The notes: a model not told the origin generated them from the sequence alone. 64,000 bases of DNA from Alphaproteobacteria bacterium (GCA_965232515.1 CBDDPY010000002.1:6720001-6784000), one strand, 5' to 3'; shown: positions 29,615 to 38,928, numbered from the stretch's first letter. Translations and numbers: made by a program.

Positions 29615-30904
29615 TTAGGCGCTCAGGAACTCGGTCCAGCGCTTCACCAGATAGTCGTTCTCGTCCATCAGCGAGTTCCAGACGGCGATGTTGCTGAAGC
29701 GGTCCCAATAGGAGCCGCCGTCGCGCACTTCGCCCTTTTCGACGATGATGGTGTCGAACGGATCCGGCAGCTCCTTCGCCGCCGGCTTGCCCATGTACCA
29801 GTAGTCCCACTCTTCGGGCTCGAGGTGCTTCTTCACGTTCTCGGGCACCGACATGTAGTAGCCCTGGCGCGCCACGAACGCGCCGGCCCAGCCGTCGAGC
29901 CACCAGTTGAGATATTCATAAGCGGCGTCGAGCTGCTTGCCCGTGACCTTGGCCGAGATCGCCAGGCCGCCGTGCCAGCCGCGCATGCCTTCCTTCGGGA
30001 AGGCGTAGATGCAGGGCACGCCTTCCGCCTTCACGGCGGTGACGGCGGGCGACCACATGCTTTGCACCGCGACCTCGCCGCTGACCATCAGGTTCACCGA
30101 CTGGCCGAAGGTTTCCCAGAACGCTCGGAAATGGCCTTCCTTCTTCCTCTCGATCAGGAAATTGATCAGGAAGTCGATTTCCTCCCGGGTCATGTTGCCC
30201 TTGTCTTTGAAGGTGTAGGCGCCCATGGCCTCGATCGCCAGCGCGGCGTCCATGGTGCCGATCTGCGGCACGTTCAACAGCGCCACCTGGCCCTTGAAGT
30301 CGGCGCTGAACAGGTCGGCCCAGCTCTCGATGTCGCGGCCGGTTTCTTCCGGGTTGTAGCCGAGCGAATCCGCGTTGTGCCAGCCGGGCAGCATCGAGAT
30401 GTAGCGCGACGGGCCATCGACCCGGTTGCCGTCGGCGTCCAGCCAGAGGTGCCGAAACGGCGCATCGCCCTGGCCGGCATTCGATTCCGGTGTCAGTTTG
30501 CCGGTTTTGGAGAGGTTGGTGACCTTATCCCATTCCTTGATTCGTTGCGTATCGATCGGCTGCCAGACCTTCGCCGGGATGAAGACATCCATGTCGTTGA
30601 AATAGCCTTCGGCGATCTCGTATTGATCGTTTTGGTTCAGCATCTTGCCGAACATGGCGCCATACCCCAACGCCTGCCCGCGTACCCCGATGCCGAGATC
30701 CTGGGACGCCTTGCCCTGAATCTCGTTGATGACGCTCACGCCCAAACCGATGGTGCGCAGCGATTCCGCGCCATGACCGATGCTGGGGAAGCCGCCGACG
30801 AACGAACCCGCCGCGACGGCGCTCGCGGTCGTGCCCATGAACTTGCGGCGGCTGATGCCCCTGCTCTTGGTCTTGCTGGTACCCGTTGGCTTCTTTGCCG
30901 TCAT
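29615..30904 (-). CDS. PotD/PotF-like Tat-exported substrate-binding protein
   Basis: SRRKFMG Tat motif; SWADLF; PKEGMRGW; upstream of Pot-type permeases. Confidence 0.88.
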   Translation of the reverse strand: MTAKKPTGTSKTKSRGISRRKFMGTTASAVAAGSFVGGFPSIGHGAESLRTIGLGVSVINEIQGKASQDLGIGVRGQALGYGAMFGKMLNQNDQYEIAEGYFNDMDVFIPAKVWQPIDTQRIKEWDKVTNLSKTGKLTPESNAGQGDAPFRHLWLDADGNRVDGPSRYISMLPGWHNADSLGYNPEETGRDIESWADLFSADFKGQVALLNVPQIGTMDAALAIEAMGAYTFKDKGNMTREEIDFLINFLIERKKEGHFRAFWETFGQSVNLMVSGEVAVQSMWSPAVTAVKAEGVPCIYAFPKEGMRGWHGGLAISAKVTGKQLDAAYEYLNWWLDGWAGAFVARQGYYMSVPENVKKHLEPEEWDYWYMGKPAAKELPDPFDTIIVEKGEVRDGGSYWDRFSNIAVWNSLMDENDYLVKRWTEFLSA

Positions 30905-31088
30905 ATTCTGCCTCCCGTTGTTACTGGGTAATCCCGTGTCTCACGGTCCCAAAGATGTGGATCGCTATGCCAATGGCGTATCCGCTAACAGCTAGCTTTT
31001 ATTTAGGATTTTCCATGACGTGCTTTGTCGAATGATAGCTTAGAGTCGGGGGCTGGGAAACGCAAAGAAAGTAAGGGGGAGGCGGAGT

Positions 31089-32561
31089 TTGAGCGTACTG
31101 ATCAAGAACGGCCGCGTGGTTACGGCGAACGACGATTACCGGGCCGATATCTTCATCAACAACTCCACCGTCGACGTTATCGGGCGCAACCTGGAGATCG
31201 ACGCCGACCGGGTGATCGACGCCGCCGGCAAGCTGGTGATTCCGGGCGGCATCGATCCGCACACGCATATGCAGATGCCGTTCGGCGGCACCGAGACGTC
31301 GGACACGTTCGAGACCGGTACGCGCGCCGCGGCCTTCGGCGGCACCACCTGCATCATCGATTTCGCCATTCAGGCCCGCGGCACGTCGACCATCGCCGCG
31401 CTTGACGACTGGCACGCCAAGGCCGAGGGCCGGACCGCCATCGACTACGCCTTCCACATGATCATCACCGACATGCCGGAAGAGCGCATGCCGGAAATGC
31501 GCCGCCTGTCGGATGAGGGTGTCACCAGCTACAAGATGTTCATGGCTTATCCCGGCGTGCTGCTGTCGGACGACGCCACGATCTTCCGCGCCATGCGCAA
31601 GGCCGGCGAAGACGGCACGCTGGTCTGCATGCATGCCGAGAACGGCATCGTCATCGACGAGCTGGTCAAGATCGCGCTGGCCGAGGGCAAGACCACGCCG
31701 CGCTATCACGCCTACACCCGGCCGACCCGGCTCGAGGCAGAGGGCGCGCACCGGGCGCTCGCCATCGCCGAGGTCGCGCAGGCGCCGGTCTATATCGTTC
31801 ACCTGAGCTGCTACGAGGCGCTGCAGGAGTTACGTCTGGCGCAGGCCCGCGGCGTCATGGCCCATGCCGAGACCTGTCCGCAATACCTGCTGCTGGACGT
31901 CGATCATTACGACGAGCCCGGATTCGATGGCGCGAAATACGTGCTGACGCCGCCGCTGCGCGAGCAATGGCACCAGGACGAGCTCTGGAACGGGCTGCGC
32001 ACCAGCGCGCTGGACGTGATCTCGACCGACCATTGCCCGTTCTGCATGCGCGAGCAGAAGGAATTGGGGCGCGACGATTTCAGCAAGATCCCGAACGGCG
32101 GCCCCGGCGTCGAGAACCGCATGAGCCTGATCTACCACCACGGCGTCAATCTCGGGCGGATTTCGCTGAACCGCTTCGTCGAACTGACCTCGACCAAGGC
32201 GGCGAAGATCTTCGGCCTGTTCCCCCGCAAGGGCACGATCGCCGTCGGCAGCGATGCCGATATCGTGATCTTCGATCCCGAGCGCGAGGAGACGATCAGC
32301 CGCTTCAACGCCCACACCCATCACATGAACATCGACTACAGCGCCTACGAGGGCTTCAAGGTCAAGGGCTTTACCGAGACCGTGCTGTCGCGCGGCAAGA
32401 TCGTAATCGACAACGGCAACTATGTCGGCCGCCCGGGCGACGGTTCATTCGTCAAGCGCGGCCCCTACGGCGGCCAATACGCCAACGCGCACGCCCACAT
32501 GCGCCGCGATCCGCTCGACCCCGCCCACGGCCTCGGCTCGCCGCGCCATCGGCACAGCTGA
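31089..32561 (+). CDS. hydA: Dihydropyrimidinase (D-hydantoinase) with a His/Arg-rich C-terminal extension
   Basis: PGGIDPHTH; GGTT; YKMFMAY; MHAENG; YIVHLS; ETCPQYL; TDHCPF; IPNGGPGVE. Confidence 0.93.
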   Translation: MSVLIKNGRVVTANDDYRADIFINNSTVDVIGRNLEIDADRVIDAAGKLVIPGGIDPHTHMQMPFGGTETSDTFETGTRAAAFGGTTCIIDFAIQARGTSTIAALDDWHAKAEGRTAIDYAFHMIITDMPEERMPEMRRLSDEGVTSYKMFMAYPGVLLSDDATIFRAMRKAGEDGTLVCMHAENGIVIDELVKIALAEGKTTPRYHAYTRPTRLEAEGAHRALAIAEVAQAPVYIVHLSCYEALQELRLAQARGVMAHAETCPQYLLLDVDHYDEPGFDGAKYVLTPPLREQWHQDELWNGLRTSALDVISTDHCPFCMREQKELGRDDFSKIPNGGPGVENRMSLIYHHGVNLGRISLNRFVELTSTKAAKIFGLFPRKGTIAVGSDADIVIFDPEREETISRFNAHTHHMNIDYSAYEGFKVKGFTETVLSRGKIVIDNGNYVGRPGDGSFVKRGPYGGQYANAHAHMRRDPLDPAHGLGSPRHRHS

Positions 32562-32587
32562 CGCCGCGGACGTTTTATGATGGCGGA

Positions 32588-33058
32588 TTAGGCCTCGGTC
32601 TGCTTCGCCGGGCGGATGATCTTCAAGAGCCAGAAGATGATGCAGAAAATCCCGGTCAGGATGATCAGGGCCACGACCGCGGCGAGGCGCTTGCCGAACT
32701 CAGCGTCGAGCGTGTAGCCCGGCTGCAACAGATAGACGCAGAGCACCTGCACCGACTGCAGCGTCGCGCCGCCGCTCAACAGGATGGCGACGAAGGTGGA
32801 GCCGCGCAGCGAACTCAGGACCACGGACTCGATGCTGTTCTGCTGCACGATATGCACTCGGTAGGCGTGCCAGTGGTAGGTGCAGAAGCCGATGATGCCG
32901 ACGATCAGCGCGACCCAGAAGATCGCGTTGTCGAAGCCGACGCCGTGGATCACGGTGTTGAACAGGTCTTCGAACGGCTTATAGAAGTATAGAAAAATCA
33001 GAACGATGATGAAGACGATGTAGCCGACCAGCGTCCAGAACCACTGCCACCCTGTCAT
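32588..33058 (-). CDS. Uncharacterised 4-TM membrane protein (paralog of 17137..17664)
   Basis: FLYFYKPFE; FDNAIFW; YHW; GATLQ; DAEFGKRL. Confidence 0.8.
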   Translation of the reverse strand: MTGWQWFWTLVGYIVFIIVLIFLYFYKPFEDLFNTVIHGVGFDNAIFWVALIVGIIGFCTYHWHAYRVHIVQQNSIESVVLSSLRGSTFVAILLSGGATLQSVQVLCVYLLQPGYTLDAEFGKRLAAVVALIILTGIFCIIFWLLKIIRPAKQTEA

Positions 33059-33156
33059 AGCTTACGACCCACTGTTTTTCTTGGAACCGGTTTGGAAGTT
33101 GGCGCCATCACAGCATTGATTGGTGACGCGCGCCAAGCGCATTCGCGAACCCATGA

Positions 33157-34245
33157 TTACGCCGCCGCTTCCGGGATCGCGACGATCAGCAGGATTCCGA
33201 AAAGGATCATAAAGACCGCGTCCTTGGCGGCGCCGAGGCCGGACCGCTCCGAGCCGGTCGTGGCGATCAGCATGATGATCTCAAGCACAAAGAAGACGAT
33301 GGCCAGGAAGAAGAACGGCCAGATCGTGCTCCACCAGGACAGCCCCTCGGGCGCCGCGACCGACTGCACCAGCCGCCAGATCAGCAGCATGATCGGCAAC
33401 AGGATCATGAACCCATAGGCCAGCAGAAAGCGATATCGGGTGAGCGCGCGGTCCAGCAGCCAGAAGACGACGAAGAACAGCACGATGAACAGCAGATCCA
33501 GAACGAGCGCCGCGTAGTTTTCGCCTGTCGCCGCCTGCGTCAGGTTCAGGTAGCCCAGGATCAGCAGGAACACGAGGCCGTCGCAGAACAGCCATTCGCG
33601 CACCGTTTCGCCGCCGGACTTGACGCTCCAGGCCCGTGTCGCCTTGTCGAACAGCAAGACCAGCGCGACCGCCAGGCTGGCCGGATACACGAGCTGCAGC
33701 ATCAACGTGTATTGCTGCGGTCCGGGCACATAGATCCAGTTCAACAGCAGAAACGCCACGGCCAGCACCAGCAGGCCAATCAGCCGCGCGCCCGACGACG
33801 TGGCGGTCGCCGGCGGCGCGCCGGCTTCGGCGGCCGCAGGTGAGTCGCTCACATTGACGCTGATCGCCCGCGATTGCCTCGGCAGCCGGACGATGGCGAA
33901 AACGAGAAACCCGATCAGGCCCACGATGCCGGCGATGGCCATGACGGTCAGGAAGACGACCGATCGCCTGTCGCCGCGCCAGTCGGCGGCGGCGAGTTGC
34001 GCTTCGGCCGCCGGATAGAACTGCCAGATCAGGATGGCGGCAATGACAATGAGCGCCGCCAGCGCCAGGAGAAACTCGTACCAGTTCGGCGCCGGCGCAA
34101 CCGCCTGCCCATCGGCCGTCGCCGTGGCCGGTCGCCGCGCGTACCGGGTGATCAAATAAATCACGAACGCGCCGATCGCGACCGCGGCGATGGCGATCAT
34201 CACGCCGACGAAATCCAGCGACCTGCTATCCACGTATCGCCCCAC
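33157..34245 (-). CDS. Uncharacterised polytopic membrane protein (~10 TM)
   Basis: Many hydrophobic segments with Ala/Pro linkers; no transporter signature recognised; start uncertain (34245 or GTG 34233). Confidence 0.75.
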   Translation of the reverse strand: MGRYVDSRSLDFVGVMIAIAAVAIGAFVIYLITRYARRPATATADGQAVAPAPNWYEFLLALAALIVIAAILIWQFYPAAEAQLAAADWRGDRRSVVFLTVMAIAGIVGLIGFLVFAIVRLPRQSRAISVNVSDSPAAAEAGAPPATATSSGARLIGLLVLAVAFLLLNWIYVPGPQQYTLMLQLVYPASLAVALVLLFDKATRAWSVKSGGETVREWLFCDGLVFLLILGYLNLTQAATGENYAALVLDLLFIVLFFVVFWLLDRALTRYRFLLAYGFMILLPIMLLIWRLVQSVAAPEGLSWWSTIWPFFFLAIVFFVLEIIMLIATTGSERSGLGAAKDAVFMILFGILLIVAIPEAAA

Positions 34246-34317
34246 CCCACAACAACAAGATTCGGGTTACGCGGCAGGCCCGCCGTCGGGTGGCGGCGGT
34301 CTGCCCGATCCCGTCAT

Positions 34318-35004
34318 TCACAACGCGTTTCGCAGTTCCAGTCCGTCGAGATAGCTCAGCACGCGGTCCAGCGGCTCGACGTCGCCGAACTTGGCGTCGA
34401 TATCGAACAGGTTCCATTCGACCACGCCCGCGACCCGGTCGCCGACCGCCTCGCGCACGACGATGGGCCGGAAGCCCTCGGCGATGGCGTCCTCGACCGT
34501 ATTGCGCACGCAGGCCGCCATGGTCACGCCCGTGACGATCACCGTGTCGACCTGGGCCGCGCGCAGGAAACCGGCCAGCGGCGTGCCGTGGAAGGCCGAA
34601 GCCCGCTTCTTGACGATGACCTGCTCGTCCGCCTCAGGCGCGATGCGGTCATCGATGGCCACTGCCTCCGAACCCAGCTTCAGCAGCTCGGCCGGGATCT
34701 TCTTGTGCCACAGTCCCATGTCCGTGTTCGGGCCCTCGGTCACGGCATAGGCCGTGGTCGTGTAGACGATCGGAATGCGTTTCGCGCGCGATGCCGCCAG
34801 CAACTGCTGCACGCTCGGGATAATCACATCCATATCGTCGCACGAGAACGCGTGTCCCGGCCGCGTCCACGCGTTGGCGAGGTCGATATTGATCAGTGCC
34901 GGCCGCTCACCGAAGCCGACACGACGTTGAAAGCCGCGATCCTGATACAGCGCGGAATCGGCGGCAAAGACCTTTTCCAAGGCTTCTTTGAGTTCGTCGG
35001 TCAT
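34318..35004 (-). CDS. Second isochorismatase-family cysteine amidohydrolase
   Basis: RPALINID; KKRASAFHGT; GVTMAACVRNT; NLFDIDAKFGDV. Confidence 0.9.
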   Translation of the reverse strand: MTDELKEALEKVFAADSALYQDRGFQRRVGFGERPALINIDLANAWTRPGHAFSCDDMDVIIPSVQQLLAASRAKRIPIVYTTTAYAVTEGPNTDMGLWHKKIPAELLKLGSEAVAIDDRIAPEADEQVIVKKRASAFHGTPLAGFLRAAQVDTVIVTGVTMAACVRNTVEDAIAEGFRPIVVREAVGDRVAGVVEWNLFDIDAKFGDVEPLDRVLSYLDGLELRNAL

Positions 35005-35139
35005 TGTGGGCAGATGCTAGCACCCGCCAAAATGACTGTCGATGCAGGGCGGTGCGGGAAAATTGACACTCCGACCGGCAGCCCGCAACATGATCGGGGC
35101 GACCAACCAGCGACAGCGGACGCAAAGGAGCATCGACCG

Positions 35140-36039
35140 ATGCAGGCAGATCAGGAGGTCGAGGGTGCGACCATCCGCCCCCTGACACCGGCTGTCGGGG
35201 CCGAGATTTCGGGCGTCGATCTCGCCAATCTGACCGACCGGCAATTCGCGCTGATCTCCGATGCGTTCGACCGCTATGCCGGCCTGTTGTTCCGGGATCA
35301 GAAGCTGTCGCCGGACGATCTGGTGGCGTTCAGCCGGCGCTGGGGCGAGCTCGACGTGGCGCCGGTCATGGAGAACGGGCGGACCGCCGTGCCGGGTTAT
35401 CCCGAGATCTACATCGTGTCGAACGTCAAGGACGCGGACGGCAAACCGATCGGCAGCCTGGGCGCGGGCGAGGCCGTCTGGCACACAGACATGTCCTACC
35501 TGCCGAGCCCGCCCTATGCGTCCATGCTCTATGCCCTCGAGGTGCCGCCGTCGGGTGGCGACACCTCGCTCTGCGGCATGAAGGCCGCCTATGACAGCCT
35601 GCCGACCGAGCTGCGCGAACGCATCGCCGGCCTGGAGATCAAGCATGACGGCACCTACAACTCGGGCGGCTACCTGCGCGAGGGGGTGACCGCCAGCGAC
35701 GATCCCGTGAACTCGGTGGGACAGGTGCATCCCGCGGTCTGCCGACACCCGGCCACGGGCGACGCGCTGCTCTATCTCGGTCGCCGCCGCAACGCCTACG
35801 TCATGGGCCTTGGCCTCGAGGAGTCGGAAGGTCTGCTCGACGAATTGTGGGACTATGCGGTGCGGCCGGAACACACCTATACGCACCATTGGCGGGTCGG
35901 CGACGTTCTGCTCTGGGACAACCGCGCGACGATGCACCGCCGCGACCCCTTCGACGCGACGACGCGACGCCTGATGCAACGTACCCAGATCAAGGGCCAG
36001 TCGCAGCCGCGCGCCGCGGTCGATGCCGGCGCGAGCTGA
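35140..36039 (+). CDS. TauD/TfdA-family Fe(II)/2-oxoglutarate dioxygenase
   Basis: AAGGAG RBS; GAEISGVDL; WHTD; GGDT; WDNRATMH; R.M.R. Confidence 0.92.
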   Translation: MQADQEVEGATIRPLTPAVGAEISGVDLANLTDRQFALISDAFDRYAGLLFRDQKLSPDDLVAFSRRWGELDVAPVMENGRTAVPGYPEIYIVSNVKDADGKPIGSLGAGEAVWHTDMSYLPSPPYASMLYALEVPPSGGDTSLCGMKAAYDSLPTELRERIAGLEIKHDGTYNSGGYLREGVTASDDPVNSVGQVHPAVCRHPATGDALLYLGRRRNAYVMGLGLEESEGLLDELWDYAVRPEHTYTHHWRVGDVLLWDNRATMHRRDPFDATTRRLMQRTQIKGQSQPRAAVDAGAS

Positions 36040-36781
36040 CGCGGGCATCGGACGACGGCGGACCTCTGCCAGCCGATGGGTCTGGCTGGGTGTCGTTCTC
36101 GCTGTCCTGGCGGGCGCGCCGCTGCGGGCGGAGACGCCGGTCGATCTTGAGCTGATCCTCGCCGTCGATGCCTCCGGCAGTGTCGACCCGCGCGAATACG
36201 CCCTGCAGATGTCGGGCATCGCATCGGCGTTTCGCGACGACGAGGTGATTGCCGCAATTCAGTCGGGTCCGTTGGCGCGCATCGGCGTCGCGGTCGTGAT
36301 CTGGTCGGAGTCGCGCCGGCCGAAAGACCTGATCCCTTGGCAGGTCGTGTCGGACCGGGCGTCGGCGGCCGTCTTCGCCCACACCGTCGAGACCCACCCG
36401 CGCAACATCCCGGACGGCGGCACGGGTATCGGCCGTGCCGTGCTCTACGCCATCAGCCTGTTCGACCGCAACGCGCTCACGAGTTCCCGGCACGTCATCG
36501 ACGTGTCCGGCGACGGGCGTGAGACGACTTTTCGCGAGTATAGCGTGCCGCCGGCCCAGGCTCGCGCCCGTGCGATCTCCCGCGGAATCACCGTCAACGG
36601 CCTGGCGATCCTCACCGACGATTCCGAGCTCACCGAGTATTACCGTCGTGAGGTCGTCGGCGGTACCGACGCGTTTGCCATGTCGGCCGCGTCCTACGAC
36701 GACTTCGCCACGGCCATGCGCCGCAAGCTGATCCGTGAGATCGATTACCGGCCGATCATCAGCCGGCTCTCGCCGCGATAG
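36023..36781 (+). CDS. DUF1194 (vWA-like) secreted protein
   Basis: Signal peptide; LELILAVDASGSVD (MIDAS DxSxS); VIDVSGDG; TVNGLAI; RRKLIREI. Confidence 0.88.
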   Translation: MPARADAGIGRRRTSASRWVWLGVVLAVLAGAPLRAETPVDLELILAVDASGSVDPREYALQMSGIASAFRDDEVIAAIQSGPLARIGVAVVIWSESRRPKDLIPWQVVSDRASAAVFAHTVETHPRNIPDGGTGIGRAVLYAISLFDRNALTSSRHVIDVSGDGRETTFREYSVPPAQARARAISRGITVNGLAILTDDSELTEYYRREVVGGTDAFAMSAASYDDFATAMRRKLIREIDYRPIISRLSPR

Positions 36782-36794
36782 TGCTGTCGTCGTT

Positions 36795-37538
36795 TCACCG
36801 ATAGTCGGGATTCGGATAATCGAAGCGGCAGCCGGCTTCCCACATCGAGCGCTGGTTGCCGTGCGCCGGCACACCGCCAGCGTCCTTCAGCATGCGGGCA
36901 AGGTGCAACAGGTTCCAGGTCATGAAAGTCGTGTTGCGGTTGGTGAAATCGTTCTCCGGACCGCCCGAGCCGTCGTCCAGATAGGACGGGCCGGGGCCGG
37001 CCTCGCCGATCCAGCCGGCGTCGACCTGCGGCGGGATCACGTAGCCCAGATGCTGCAGCGAGAACAGGATGTTCATGGCGCAATGCTTGACGCCGTCCTC
37101 GTTGCCCGTGACCAGACAGCCGCCGACCCGGCCGTAATAGGCGTATTGGCCGGCCTCGTTCAGATCGCCTGAGGTCGAATAGAGCCGCTCGATCACCTTG
37201 GTGCAGACGGACGATTTCTCGCCCAGCCAGATCGGCGTCGTCACGACCAGAATGTCGGCGGCCTTGACCTTCTCGTAGATCCCGGGCCAGTCGTCGTCGT
37301 CCCAGCCATGCTCGCGCATGTCGCCGTAGACGCCATAGGCGATGTCGTGGTCGACCGGCCGCAGCACCTCAACGCTGACGCCGTTCTTTTCCATGATCGC
37401 CCTCGCGATATCGATCAGGCCTTGCGTGTGCGAGACCTCGGGGCTGCGCTTCAGCGTGCAGTTCAGGAACAGCGCCTTGAGGTCGGAGAAATCCCACTGG
37501 CTGGTCTCGCACCACTTCTCCTGCAGTTCGTTCAACAT
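36795..37538 (-). CDS. Flavodoxin-family (NADPH-dependent FMN reductase-like) protein
   Basis: NCTLKRSP; TPIWLG; TGNEDG; WIGEAGPGPSY; AAAGGA RBS before the ATG at 37538. Confidence 0.88.
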   Translation of the reverse strand: MLNELQEKWCETSQWDFSDLKALFLNCTLKRSPEVSHTQGLIDIARAIMEKNGVSVEVLRPVDHDIAYGVYGDMREHGWDDDDWPGIYEKVKAADILVVTTPIWLGEKSSVCTKVIERLYSTSGDLNEAGQYAYYGRVGGCLVTGNEDGVKHCAMNILFSLQHLGYVIPPQVDAGWIGEAGPGPSYLDDGSGGPENDFTNRNTTFMTWNLLHLARMLKDAGGVPAHGNQRSMWEAGCRFDYPNPDYR

Positions 37539-37552
37539 CTCTTGTCCTTTCG

Positions 37553-38845
37553 TCAGGTGGTTGTCGTCGGCTCGTTCGGTTGCGCCACCATGCCGGTGCG
37601 GATCGGCAGCTCGCTCACCGCTTTCGTTTCCTCGCATTCGCCGAACAGTTCGGTCATCCGGCCATAGGCGCGGGCGAGCGGCGCGGCGCTGATGCCGTGC
37701 AGCAGCGCGCTCAGGCCGACGGTGACGATCACCGCGGCCAGGATCTCGTCGCCATGTGCGATCTCGGCCGTCTCCACGATCAGCAGCGCGAACAGAATGG
37801 AAGCGAGGCCGCGCGGACCGAACCAGCCAAGGAAGGCCATGGTCGGCAGACGCACGCCGGTGCCGATCAGCGAGATGGCGATCGGCAGCATGCGGATCAC
37901 GGTCAGGCTGAGGGCGGCATACAGCACAAAGGTCCAGTTCAGGTGCGCCAACCCTTCCGGCAGCATCGCCGCGCCGAAGATCAGGAACGTCAGCAGCATC
38001 AGCAATTGCCCCTGCGTCTCCATGAACTCGAACAGGAAGGTGCAGGGATGGGTCACCGCGTTGCCGAACATGAGGCCGGCGGTGAACGCGGCGATGAAGC
38101 CATTGCCGCCGATCGCTTCGGCCGCCACGAAACCGAGCACGGCCAGCGCCAGCACGCCGATGCCTTCGAATGCCTCGGTCATCCAGCCCTTGTCGGCGGC
38201 CGTATCGACAAGGCGGGCGCCGACATAGCCCAGCATGATGCCGGCGACCGGTCCAAGCGTGACCTGCAAGGCGCCGAAGGTCAGCCAGTCCGTCGCATCT
38301 CTGGCGTCCGCGCCGGCGGTGCCGGCGAGCGCGGCCAGCAGCAATACAGCGGGCAGGGCGATGCCGTCGTTCAGCCCGCTTTCGACATTTAACGCCTGCC
38401 GGATGCGGACGGGTACCGACCGGTCAGAGACCACGGCCTGGCCCAGCGCCGCGTCAGTCGGCGCCAGAATGGCGGCCAGCAGCGCCGCTTCCCAAATGGA
38501 GAAGTCGGGGAACAGGTACGCCGCCACGCCGGTGCCGGCGAGGATCACCAGCGGCAGGCCGACGATCAGCATTCGCTGCGGCAGATTATGGTCGCGCCGC
38601 AGCAGGCCGAGATCTATCCGCGCGGCATCGGCGAACAGCACTAGGATCAGCGTCAGTTCGGCGATCAGATGGATCAGGCCGTGACCGATATCGATATGCG
38701 CGACGTCGAAGCCGCCGGGCCCGATGGCCAGGCCGAACAGCACGAAGACCAGCGGCGGCGTAACGATCGTGCCGTCGAGCTTCTTCGAAACCAGACCGAA
38801 GGCGATTACGCCGGCACAGATAATGATAGTGCCGTGAAGATCCAT
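37553..38845 (-). CDS. CPA1/NhaP-type cation:proton antiporter
   Basis: LAPTDAALG; ESGLNDG; WFGPRGLAS; ~12 TM. Confidence 0.92.
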   Translation of the reverse strand: MDLHGTIIICAGVIAFGLVSKKLDGTIVTPPLVFVLFGLAIGPGGFDVAHIDIGHGLIHLIAELTLILVLFADAARIDLGLLRRDHNLPQRMLIVGLPLVILAGTGVAAYLFPDFSIWEAALLAAILAPTDAALGQAVVSDRSVPVRIRQALNVESGLNDGIALPAVLLLAALAGTAGADARDATDWLTFGALQVTLGPVAGIMLGYVGARLVDTAADKGWMTEAFEGIGVLALAVLGFVAAEAIGGNGFIAAFTAGLMFGNAVTHPCTFLFEFMETQGQLLMLLTFLIFGAAMLPEGLAHLNWTFVLYAALSLTVIRMLPIAISLIGTGVRLPTMAFLGWFGPRGLASILFALLIVETAEIAHGDEILAAVIVTVGLSALLHGISAAPLARAYGRMTELFGECEETKAVSELPIRTGMVAQPNEPTTTT

Positions 38846-38901
38846 TGCGTCCCCATGCCAATGCCCATCGACCGCGCCCCCGAGGCAACGGCGGCGTTTT
38901 T

Positions 38902-38928
38902 GATGAAGCGCATGATCACAAGGTTACA
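38902..38928 (-). promoter_or_regulatory. Candidate ECF-type promoter for the antiporter-flavodoxin operon
   Basis: Minus strand TGTAAC-N17-CATC, next to a divergent ECF sigma gene. Confidence 0.35.

Noticed and set aside
30905-31088. Sigma54 promoter or riboswitch in the SBP/hydA divergent region
   Set aside because: TGGCA/TGGCG is present but lacks a correctly spaced TTGC, and I see no convincing aptamer structure.
33874-35139. Apparent 721-aa TauD fusion in the ORF track
   Set aside because: The upstream part overlaps real minus-strand genes; the RBS and domain start place the ATG at 35140.
13500-36781. Classical bacterial microcompartment or encapsulin locus
   Set aside because: No BMC-H/T/P shell or encapsulin gene is recognisable in the window; any compartment would have to rely on the SPFH protein or on genes elsewhere.
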